Assembly: GCA_038227875.1 (NCBI GenBank)
Contig: JBBRPR010000032.1
Span: 31,428-95,427 of the forward strand
From: Planctomycetota bacterium
GTDB lineage: Bacteria > Planctomycetota > SZUA-567 > H5-PLA8
Length of the DNA stretch: 64,000 nt
Reading direction: 5' to 3'
The translations under genes and the position numbers were made by a program. Of the stretch, positions 9,742-17,826 are shown in pieces (positions within the stretch are counted from its first letter, which is position 1; the number at the start of each line of letters is the position of its first letter). The notes beneath the pieces are model-generated. The model made no database searches, was not told the origin of the DNA, and saw only the letters and a program-made list of their open reading frames with translations.

Positions 9742-10383
9742 TCAATCCTGCTTACTGCTCCTGCCGTCTGCCTTCTTGCCTTTTTCCGGCGCGTTGAATT
9801 TGTTCATCGCCGCTTCGATGCCCTGCGCGGCCCAGTACAAACTCGCTTCGCACGCCACGTCCATCGACTTCGCCAGCACCGTCTCTTCTTCCTGCGAGAA
9901 CCGGCCCAGCACGTGGCCGGCAAGGTTCTCGGGCTGGCGTTCGGTACTCGAATCCCGTCCGCCGACCCCCAGCCGCAGGCGCGCGTAATCCTGCGTCGCC
10001 AGCGTGCGGGTGATGTCCTTCAGGCCATTGTGTCCGCCATCCGAACCGCCACGCCGCATGCGGATGGCGCCCACCGGCAGCGCCACGTCGTCCACGATCA
10101 CCAGCACATCCTGCACGGCAACTTTGAAGTACCCGGTAAAGCTCACCACTGTTTCGCCGGACAGATTCATGAACGTCTGCGGCTTGACCAGCAGCAACTT
10201 TCCGTCGTCGCCATCCTTCAATCTGCCAGTCTGTTCGGCGCTGGCATATTCGCCTTTGAACTTGTTCCGGTCGACCTGCACGCCCAGCTTTCCGGCGAGC
10301 AGATCGATGACGCGAAACCCAACGTTATGCCGCGTCTTTGCGTACTGCGCGCCAGGATTGCCAAGTCCCACAATCAATTTCAT
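9742..10383 (-). CDS. pth: Peptidyl-tRNA hydrolase
   Basis: LIVGLGNPG..Y..TRHNVGF, KPQTFMNLSG, GGHNGL, RLRLGVG. Confidence 0.98.
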   Translation of the reverse strand: MKLIVGLGNPGAQYAKTRHNVGFRVIDLLAGKLGVQVDRNKFKGEYASAEQTGRLKDGDDGKLLLVKPQTFMNLSGETVVSFTGYFKVAVQDVLVIVDDVALPVGAIRMRRGGSDGGHNGLKDITRTLATQDYARLRLGVGGRDSSTERQPENLAGHVLGRFSQEEETVLAKSMDVACEASLYWAAQGIEAAMNKFNAPEKGKKADGRSSKQD

Positions 10384-10412
10384 GGCGCGCTTCCCAGCTC
10401 TTGATCAAGCCG

Positions 10413-11093
10413 CTATTTCTTCGCGTCTTTCTTCTCTTCTTTTTTCTCGGGGACCTTCGGTCCACCTTCGGCCGCCGCGCCTTCTTCGTCCTTCTTCGCG
10501 GTGAGCACAATCGGTTCGGTCGGCGCGCCTTCGGCCGGTGCGGCTTCTTCCGTGCGCGGTTCGTGCACGGCCACGACGACGATGTCGCCATTGTCCGTCG
10601 CGGTCACGCCGTCGGGCAGCTTGATTTCGCGGACGTGGAGCGCGTCGTCAACGTCCAGCGGTTCGACATCGACAATGATTTTGTCGGGAATCTGCGTCGG
10701 CAGACATTCCACGTGCATGGTGTGCAGGGGCTGATGGAGCACGCCGCCCTTGCCGTGGCCCTTGGGCACGCCCTTGAGCACCACCGAGATGGCGACGCGG
10801 ACCTTCTGGCCTTCCTTCAGTTCGTTGAAGTCGACGTGGAGCGTGTCGTCGCCCATCGGACCGTACTGCACGTCCTTGATCAGGACCTGCTTGGGGCCGC
10901 CGTCGAGCTTCAGGGTGACCACGCGTTCGCCGGAGGCCAGGACCTTCTTCCATTCGTTCAACGGAACGGAAAGGTTCGTGCCTTCCTTGCCTTCGCGGTA
11001 CATCACCGCCGGAACGCGGTCCTCGCGGCGCAGCCGCGCGGCGGCATGGCGTCCCTTTTCGGTTCGAAGTGTGGCTGACAGTTCACGGGCCAT
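10413..11093 (-). CDS. rplY: 50S ribosomal protein L25/CTC
   Basis: ARLRREDRVPAVMY, VLIKDVQ..HVDF, CTC C-terminal domain (GGVL, ECLPTQIPD). Confidence 0.96.
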   Translation of the reverse strand: MARELSATLRTEKGRHAAARLRREDRVPAVMYREGKEGTNLSVPLNEWKKVLASGERVVTLKLDGGPKQVLIKDVQYGPMGDDTLHVDFNELKEGQKVRVAISVVLKGVPKGHGKGGVLHQPLHTMHVECLPTQIPDKIIVDVEPLDVDDALHVREIKLPDGVTATDNGDIVVVAVHEPRTEEAAPAEGAPTEPIVLTAKKDEEGAAAEGGPKVPEKKEEKKDAKK

Positions 11094-11132
11094 AGTCGTT
11101 CTCCTTACGCTTTACGCTCTGCTTTTTCGCGT

Positions 11133-12857
11133 TCAAACAAACAATTCGCTGACGCTCAGGTTCCGATGGGTGCGCATGATCGCCTCGCCCAACAGCGGCG
11201 CGACGCTCAGCACTTTCAAGTTCACGTTTTCAGGACGCTTCTTCAATTCAATCGTGTCGCAGACGGCCAGTTCCGACACGTTCATGCCGTTGAGCCGCTC
11301 GAAGGCGCGGCCGCAGAAGACCGGGTGCGTGGCCATCAAAATCACGCTCCGCGCACCGTACTCCAGCGCAGTTTCCACCGCCTGCTTGACCGAACCGGCC
11401 GTGGAAATCATGTCGTCGACGATCAGCGTGTTGCGCCCCTTGATCTCACCGACCACGTGGCCCTTCACGACTTCCGAATCGCCGACGCGGCGCTTGTCGA
11501 TCACCGCCAGCGTGCCGTTGAGGCGACGCGCGAAATTGTTCGCCATCTTGATGCGGCCCGGATCGGGGCTCAGGATGGTCAGGTCGGGCAGATTCAATTC
11601 CTGCATGTGCTTGAGCTGCACGCGCGTGGCGTAGAGATGGTCCACCGGCAGGTCGAAGAACCCTTGAATCTGTTCGGCGTGCAATTCGACGCACATCACC
11701 CGGTCCGCGCCGGCCTGCGTGATCAGATTGGCGACGAGCTTCGCCGTGATCGGCACGCGGCCTTCGTGCTTGCGGTCCTGGCGCGCATAGCCAAAGTACG
11801 GCATCACCGCCGTGATCCGCTGCGCCGAAGCGCGGCGGCAGGCGTCGATCAGCACCAGCAGTTCCATCAGGTGATCGTTCACCGGAGGACTCGTCGGCTG
11901 GACGATGTACACGTCGCGGCCGCGGATGTCTTCTTCGATGCGGATCTTCGTTTCGCCGTCGGGGAAGTGGCTGACTTCGGCCTTGCCCAGCGGAATGCCC
12001 AGGTAGGCGCAGATGTCGTCGGCCAGCTTCGGGTTGGCGTTGCCGGTGAAGATGCGCAGGTTGTGGTAGAGCTCCGCCGAAAAATCCATCGAGCCATCGC
12101 TGCCGGCCGTGGCGTAACGGTCGGAGAGCAGCTTGTCGGCCGTCTGCAGCTCGGCCGGAGTGTTGATGCCCAGCACTTCCACCGCGCTGTGCGCCTTTAC
12201 CGCGACCACGGACAGGCCGTTCTTAACCAGCATGCCGATGGTGTCGGTGAGGTAAAATTCTTCCTGCGCGTTGTCGTTGCGCAGCTGGCTGAGCGCCGGA
12301 AAGAGCTTGCCGGGCCCGAAGACGTACGTGCCGGAATTGATCTCGTCGATCTTGCGCTGATCGGGCGTCGCGTCGCGATTTTCGACGATCGACTTCACGT
12401 TGCCCTTTTCGTCGCGCAGGATGCGGCCGTAGGCGTGATCGCCGGCGACCTTGCCCGTCAGCACCACCGCGCCGGCCTTCGTCTCTGCCTGCTTGTCGAC
12501 CAGCTGGCGGATCGTTCCCGCGCGGAGCAGCGGCACGTCACCGGAGAGCACCGCGATCGGGCCCTTCCAGCTTCCCAGCAGCGCTTCGGTGCAGCGCGCG
12601 GCATGGCCGGTGCCCAGCTGTTTTTCCTGGACGCAGTGATCCACGTCCGGATCGAGCACCTTTACGACCTGTTCGCGGCCATAGCCGAGAACCACGACAA
12701 TCTTGGACGCGCCGGCCGCCTTGGCGGACTTGACGACCCAGTCAATCAGGGGACGGCCGCGGAGCATGTGGAGCACTTTGGGAATGTCCGACCCCATGCG
12801 CTTGCCCTGTCCGGCAGCCATGATGATCGCAGCAAAACCCGTCTTTGATCCAGCCAT
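11133..12857 (-). CDS. prs: Fusion of GlmU-type nucleotidyltransferase domain and ribose-phosphate pyrophosphokinase (Prs)
   Basis: N-half MAAGQGKRMGSDIPKVLH, QLGTGHA, YGRI, EINSGTY, NAQEEFYLTD; C-half FPDGE, PYFGYARQDRK, IVDDMISTAGS, ATHPVF; one uninterrupted frame. Confidence 0.9.
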   Translation of the reverse strand: MAGSKTGFAAIIMAAGQGKRMGSDIPKVLHMLRGRPLIDWVVKSAKAAGASKIVVVLGYGREQVVKVLDPDVDHCVQEKQLGTGHAARCTEALLGSWKGPIAVLSGDVPLLRAGTIRQLVDKQAETKAGAVVLTGKVAGDHAYGRILRDEKGNVKSIVENRDATPDQRKIDEINSGTYVFGPGKLFPALSQLRNDNAQEEFYLTDTIGMLVKNGLSVVAVKAHSAVEVLGINTPAELQTADKLLSDRYATAGSDGSMDFSAELYHNLRIFTGNANPKLADDICAYLGIPLGKAEVSHFPDGETKIRIEEDIRGRDVYIVQPTSPPVNDHLMELLVLIDACRRASAQRITAVMPYFGYARQDRKHEGRVPITAKLVANLITQAGADRVMCVELHAEQIQGFFDLPVDHLYATRVQLKHMQELNLPDLTILSPDPGRIKMANNFARRLNGTLAVIDKRRVGDSEVVKGHVVGEIKGRNTLIVDDMISTAGSVKQAVETALEYGARSVILMATHPVFCGRAFERLNGMNVSELAVCDTIELKKRPENVNLKVLSVAPLLGEAIMRTHRNLSVSELFV

Positions 12858-12960
12858 GTTTGATCCTGTTCCAGAAAATGCGATCACCGTCAGCGGGCGA
12901 ATCTGCGCGCTGAGAGCATCGCAACCCCGAACACATCAACATCTAGAGTGAAAAGTGCCC

Positions 12961-13117
12961 AACTACTTCAACAACGTTGTCCTCTGGCGAGAGTCTCGGT
13001 CCGCATCCCTTATATGGAGCTTTAAGGAACGCAGTGCCTCTCTAAGCATGGCTTGGAATTGCTGCCTCCAACCGTGCTCTGTCCATCCGTCACGTCAGGG
13101 GGACACCTGAAGCGACC
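12961..13117 (-). ncRNA. Candidate structured RNA (5' leader or independent ncRNA), family unknown
   Basis: Hand folding gives a three-way junction with 5'/3' closing stems; G-U pairs form only on the minus strand; starts just after a sigma70 promoter. Confidence 0.6.
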
Positions 13118-13122
13118 GGGGG

Positions 13123-13151
13123 TTTATAGGGGAGGGCAGTGGTGATGTCAA
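13123..13151 (-). promoter_or_regulatory. sigma70-type promoter
   Basis: Minus strand TTGACA (13151-13146), 17-nt spacer, TATAAA (13128-13123). Confidence 0.8.
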
Positions 13152-13164
13152 ATCAGAATGCAGT

Positions 13165-13349
13165 TTCGTAGTCCGGGCGTCCCGCCCGGTCAAATCTCAG
13201 AAAAGGCGAACAGGTCAAATTCGTTCGATAGACGAGCTATCGTGCGAAGCCATCGCCCTTCGCTCTCGCGGTAAAGAACGCGCCGCTCGGAAAGCATGTT
13301 GTTCTCGACGTGGATGAAGTCTGACCGGGCGGGACGCCCGGACTACGAA
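13165..13349. mobile_element. REPIN/MITE-like element, copy 1 (inverted GTAG-type REP pair)
   Basis: Perfect 28-bp terminal inverted repeats ttcgtagtccgggcgtcccgcccggtca / tgaccgggcgggacgcccggactacgaa; related copy at 30598. Confidence 0.8.
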
Positions 13350-13381
13350 CCGCCCGCTCGATCGCGCAAAAAAGATACACA

Positions 13382-14362
13382 TCACTTCTCTTCATCGTTC
13401 ATCATTTCCTTCATCACCACGCCCGTGCCGCCGGGAATCTGCACGCCGAGGATCGCGCCCATCGTCGTCGCCACGTCGATCTGCTCCCGCTTGGTCTCCA
13501 GGACGGCGTTTTTCTTGAAGTCCGGCCCCGCTGCGAAGCAGAGAATGTGGCGGCAGCTCGGGCAGTCGTCGCCGTGGCTGATGAATCCGTCGAAGTGCCC
13601 ATCCGCATGGCGCCCGTGATCGTCGCTGATGAAAAACGCCGTCTTGTTGGCGTAAAACGGATCCTTCTGCAGCAGCTGCCACAATTCCCACGCGTAGCCG
13701 TCGCACTCCCGGATTGCCGCGAGGTACCCGTCCCAATTGCGCGCGTGGCCGTTGGCATCGGGCCCCTTCAGGTTGATCACCACCAGCCGCGGATGATCGC
13801 GCGGCAGAATCGTTTTGATCGCGTCGAACGTTTTGGAATCCTCGCGGTACGCGCTGCCCAACCCTTTCGTGCCGCAGTCGGTGCTGCAGCGGAATTTGCC
13901 CTTCCATTCCGGATCGGCGCAGTCGGCGAGCACCTCCAGCTTGTCTTTGGAGCAGATCAGCCACGCCGACGACGCCGGCTGCCCGGAGGATTTCATCCAG
14001 AGCTGCAGCAGCGTCGGGAACTTCGGCAATTCCTTGCCCGCATTGTCGATCATCTGGTACTTCCCGGACGTCAGCGCCGCATGCCCCGGGTTGGTCACCG
14101 TCGGCCCGTTGTTCTTGAAGTCCGTGTAGACGCAGCCTTCCTTGGCCAGGTCGTTGAAGATGTGCGGAATGTATTTGTGCTCCGGCTCGCCCCACGTCTC
14201 CGACCAGCGCGGCCCGTCGATCACCAGCAGCACGACATTCTCCGCCTTGAATTTCCGCGTCGCCATCGCCGCCGGAGTCGACGGTGTAGCGGGAGTCGCC
14301 GGCGTCTCCGCCGCGCAAACCGCGCTAACGAGCAGCGCGAACACCAGGCAGAATCGTTTCAT
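13382..14362 (-). CDS. Secreted alkaline phosphatase/sulfatase superfamily protein
   Basis: Signal peptide; VVLLVIDG, TNPGHAAL.SG, GPDANGH, SDDHGRH, QIDVATT metal-site motifs. Confidence 0.8.
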   Translation of the reverse strand: MKRFCLVFALLVSAVCAAETPATPATPSTPAAMATRKFKAENVVLLVIDGPRWSETWGEPEHKYIPHIFNDLAKEGCVYTDFKNNGPTVTNPGHAALTSGKYQMIDNAGKELPKFPTLLQLWMKSSGQPASSAWLICSKDKLEVLADCADPEWKGKFRCSTDCGTKGLGSAYREDSKTFDAIKTILPRDHPRLVVINLKGPDANGHARNWDGYLAAIRECDGYAWELWQLLQKDPFYANKTAFFISDDHGRHADGHFDGFISHGDDCPSCRHILCFAAGPDFKKNAVLETKREQIDVATTMGAILGVQIPGGTGVVMKEMMNDEEK

Positions 14363-14649
14363 GAATTCACCACCACATTCCGGACGCGCTGATCAAAGCC
14401 ATCGCCGTGCAGTCCGCCGCTGACGCGGATGCGCCAGTGTCCTCGTCCATCATGTAGCACGTCAATGGTTCCTGACGCGTCCGGCTCCAAATCTCGAATC
14501 AGCCGCACCAGCGTATCCGCCGGAATTCCCGGCGTGCGCCCCACCGCCAGAACCTGCACGCCCGACCCCGAAGCGCAAACCCGCACCCGAATCCCCCCAT
14601 GCCACCGCACAGCAAACGAATCAGTCCATCGGTTCAGCGCAGCAATCAT
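14359..14649 (-). CDS. Small hypothetical protein (possibly DUF3634-like)
   Basis: GGAGG RBS, 96 aa ending SG...DQRVRNV; stop overlaps next start (ATGA..TGA junction). Confidence 0.5.
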   Translation of the reverse strand: MIAALNRWTDSFAVRWHGGIRVRVCASGSGVQVLAVGRTPGIPADTLVRLIRDLEPDASGTIDVLHDGRGHWRIRVSGGLHGDGFDQRVRNVVVNS

Positions 14650-14742
14650 AGCGCCCTCCATCGTACCGAACGGAAGAGCGATTGCACGCCCCAGCCAAAA
14701 AACTCCCCCCATTATCTTGCTCCCCCTCACACGCGAGGGTGC

Positions 14743-15010
14743 CACTCGTCTGAAGCAGTTCTCAGACGAGTGCCTGCCCTGAGCTTGTCGAACGGGCGAG
14801 ACGGACGCCGCGCTTGCAATTTGGACCATCCCGTCTCTCTTGCAATCAAACCGCTGCAGTGTGCCACTGGTGGCTCGTCCACCAGTGCCGAGCTCGCAGA
14901 CTGAGAAGGATGGTTCGTTAAGCGTTGAAAGCGCGAGACGCATGCAGTTGCGGTTCATGCCGTTGCATTTGCCGTTGAAGCCGTTGCTTGCCACCGCCTT
15001 TAGGCGGTGG
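14743..15010. repeat. Cluster of REP-like hairpins
   Basis: cactcgtctga/tcagacgagtg (14743-14772), cactggtgg/ccaccagtg (14865-14887), ccaccgcct/aggcggtgg (14991-15010); the first two are preceded by gtgc. Confidence 0.65.
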
Positions 15011-15096
15011 TGGCTGTTGATGCTGTTGCTGGCAGCCGGCTGGATGGAATACCTAGCCCTTCTTCGCGCCCTTGCGACTTGCTGCAGGCTCACCCC

Positions 15097-15508
15097 GTGC
15101 ACTGCTACACATCATGTATTATAAAATCTTTTTAAATAAATTTAAAGAAAACACTGTATTTTGGAGTTTCTCGACCGCATAGATACTATAGAGAAAACCC
15201 ATTTCCGAATCGCGCGCCCGCCCCCGCAGTCCAAGTCCGAAGCCCGTCGCAGTTTCAGAACTGCCCTAAAATTGCGCCCCAGAAGCCTGTAAACGATGCT
15301 AAAGATCCCAACCCGATCGAAAGGTCATTCCGATGCCCGACTCATCCACAGCCCCACAGAACGCAAATGGACGGAGTGCGCCCAAATCCCGGAAAAGGTC
15401 GCACGCAGTGCACTGCTGCACGACATGTATTATAAAATCTTTTTAATAAATATAAAGAATAACACTTGACTTTTGGGTTCGAGAGTTGCTTAATACTATT
15501 GGAAAAAA
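15097..15508. repeat. Direct repeat of a ~100-bp AT-rich promoter-like unit (15097-15197 and 15408-15508)
   Basis: Identical 23-bp core catgtattataaaatctttttaa; shared gtgcactgct and atactat flanks. Confidence 0.8.
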
Positions 15509-15831
15509 TGCAATCCCCTGTTGATGCCGCACCTCGCCTATACCGACGACTTTTAGCCGGATCGATATTCGAACTCGCCATCGCGCACCATCTCATACCG
15601 CCGGACTGAACTCCCATGACGCCCCCAACCGACCACCGACTACTTTTAGCCGGACTGACCCTGCCGGAGCGAACACCCTCAATTCGCGCCCCATGTGCAC
15701 CTATGAAAGGAGGCCCCGCCCCTGTAACATTTGGTAACATTTTGAAACATCCACATTCCACAAAATTGAACGCCAAATCGCCCCACCGAGTAGCATACCT
15801 ATACGGACGAGACCACTTTCTGGGAGATGAC

Positions 15832-16362
15832 GTGACCGATTCCGGCACCGACGCGCGAGGCAGAGCGATGCAGTTGGCGGTCACTCACCGCCGCACCATC
15901 GAAGCCTACGCCTTCATGATGACGCGCGACTTCCATCTCGCCGACGACGTCTACCAGGAAGTCGCCACCGTCCTGATCGCGCAATGGCAACAGGTGCCCA
16001 CCAACGACGAAGCTCTGCCGTGGCTGAAGGAAGTGACCCGGCGTAAAGCGCTCGAACTCCTCCGCAAGCAAGGCCGCTCGCAGCGCATGCTCTCTCCGGA
16101 AGCCATCGAAAAAGTCGAAGCCGCATTCCCCGTCGAACCCGAAAACGGACTCGCCGAATCCCTGGCCAGTTGCGTCGACAAACTCTCCGACGTCGCCCGC
16201 CAGGCCGTGCTCTGCCGCTACGTCGAGAACCTCGACGTGCCGCAGATCGCCAAGAAGCTCGGCCGGACGCTCCAAGGCACCTACGCCGTCCTCAAGCGCG
16301 CGCGCCTGGCGCTGGAAGAATGCGTCGCCCGGTCGCAGCGGCAGAGCGGAGAAGTCTCATGA
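15832..16362 (+). CDS. ECF RNA polymerase sigma-70 factor
   Basis: Region 2 ADDVYQEV..WL..VTRRKAL; region 4 CVDKLS..RY..IAKKLGR..LKRARLALEECV; GTG start after GGAG. Confidence 0.9.
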   Translation: MTDSGTDARGRAMQLAVTHRRTIEAYAFMMTRDFHLADDVYQEVATVLIAQWQQVPTNDEALPWLKEVTRRKALELLRKQGRSQRMLSPEAIEKVEAAFPVEPENGLAESLASCVDKLSDVARQAVLCRYVENLDVPQIAKKLGRTLQGTYAVLKRARLALEECVARSQRQSGEVS

Positions 16363-17732
16363 GCGAGCCGCTGAACAAGGACGTCGACGCGGCCATCATG
16401 GCCTACCTGGTCGGCGACATTGAGGACGCCGACTTGGCGGAGCTCGACCGCCGCGTGCGCGAAGACCCCGCCGCCGCGCGCCGCATGGCCCAGCTCTGCG
16501 ACCACGAGATGGCACTGGCGACGATGCTGAACATGCGCCAGGGACGCCAAATCTCCGCGCGCTCCAAGCCCGTCCCGAAGAAGCTCCAGCGCGCAACGCG
16601 CCGGACCTCGCAGTCGCGACTCTGGATGGCCGCGGTGGCCGCGCTGATCGTCATCGGCGTGGCGTGGGTGGCGCTCCACAATTCCTCAGTGAAGCCTGCG
16701 CCCGCGACGCGCGTCGCGACAGTGACGGAAATCGCCGGCACCGTTGAGGTGAACCGGCCCGACGGCAAGTCGGCTCTGAAACTCAAAGCGCCCCTGAATG
16801 CCGGCGACCGCATCGCAGTCGGCGCGCAATCCCGCCTCGCGCTCAGTTTCGACGACGGCACGACGCTGACGCTCGACGCCGGCACGACGCTGGCGCTCCC
16901 CAGCGCCGCGGACCAGCCGCTGCACCTCGAATCCGGCGCGCTGACGGCCAGCGTCGCCCATCAGCCCGCCGGCAAGCCGCTGCGCATCCACACTGCGCAG
17001 GCCGAGGCGGAAATCGTGGGCACCCAGTTCCGCCTGGCCATCGAGAACAATGCCACGCGTCTGGACGTGAGCGAAGGCCGCGTGCGTCTGACGCGCGCCG
17101 CGGACAAGGCCGTCGCGCTGGTCGATGCCGGCTTCGCCACGGTAGCCACAGGCGGAACGGAAGCGCCGCTGTACTTGCGCAGACTTCAAACGCTGGCCGA
17201 CGGCCTGCCCGCTCAATCTAAAGTCCTGGTCGGCTCAACAGCCCCCTGGAGCGGCTGGGAAGGCGATGTCTCCGCGCCGCCGGGAACTCCAGCGGGAACG
17301 CTGGCGATCGGTTCGCATCTACCGCAGCCCGGCACGCGCTTTTATGGCGAAATCCGCTCGCCGCTCTTTTCCCCGGAAGTCCCATCGGGCGACCATACCT
17401 ACCTGCGCTTCCGCTACCGCGCCGACGACTTCAAGCCCGGCGATCTGATCAAATTCATGCTGAAGAAAAAGGACGGCACGATCTTCCATGGATTCCTCAA
17501 GCCAGAAGTCGGCAACTGGACCGTCGCCACCGTACGCTTCGATGGCGCGTTCCTCAATTTGGGAGACCATGCCCTGCCCATGAAACCCGGCGAGTCGCTC
17601 AATCAATGCGTCTTCCTGGGCGCCGCGCCCGACGGTGAACTCGCGCGAACGGGCCCGAAGCTCTGGCTTGATGATGTGATCGTCTTCAGCGCGCCCGGCG
17701 ATATTCCAGTGAGCAAACTCGAATCAAATTAA
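16359..17732 (+). CDS. FecR-domain anti-sigma factor
   Basis: ATGA overlap with sigma stop; one TM helix; FDDGTTLTL, AEIVGTQF, LDVSEGRV; extra C-terminal domain. Confidence 0.88.
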   Translation: MSEPLNKDVDAAIMAYLVGDIEDADLAELDRRVREDPAAARRMAQLCDHEMALATMLNMRQGRQISARSKPVPKKLQRATRRTSQSRLWMAAVAALIVIGVAWVALHNSSVKPAPATRVATVTEIAGTVEVNRPDGKSALKLKAPLNAGDRIAVGAQSRLALSFDDGTTLTLDAGTTLALPSAADQPLHLESGALTASVAHQPAGKPLRIHTAQAEAEIVGTQFRLAIENNATRLDVSEGRVRLTRAADKAVALVDAGFATVATGGTEAPLYLRRLQTLADGLPAQSKVLVGSTAPWSGWEGDVSAPPGTPAGTLAIGSHLPQPGTRFYGEIRSPLFSPEVPSGDHTYLRFRYRADDFKPGDLIKFMLKKKDGTIFHGFLKPEVGNWTVATVRFDGAFLNLGDHALPMKPGESLNQCVFLGAAPDGELARTGPKLWLDDVIVFSAPGDIPVSKLESN

Positions 17733-17826
17733 TTCAATAAAGGTTCAATTCTTTTCCACTATTTCGCGCCAAATCAATCCTCGCTCCTGCATCTACAAGT
17801 AGCACCCCGCGGGAGGAAATAAACCA

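Noticed and set aside
12961..13117. glmS ribozyme, tRNA-Gln or 6S RNA identity
   Set aside because: No AGCGCC/GACGAGG core, no T-loop or CCA, no clear 6S-type central bubble; left unassigned.
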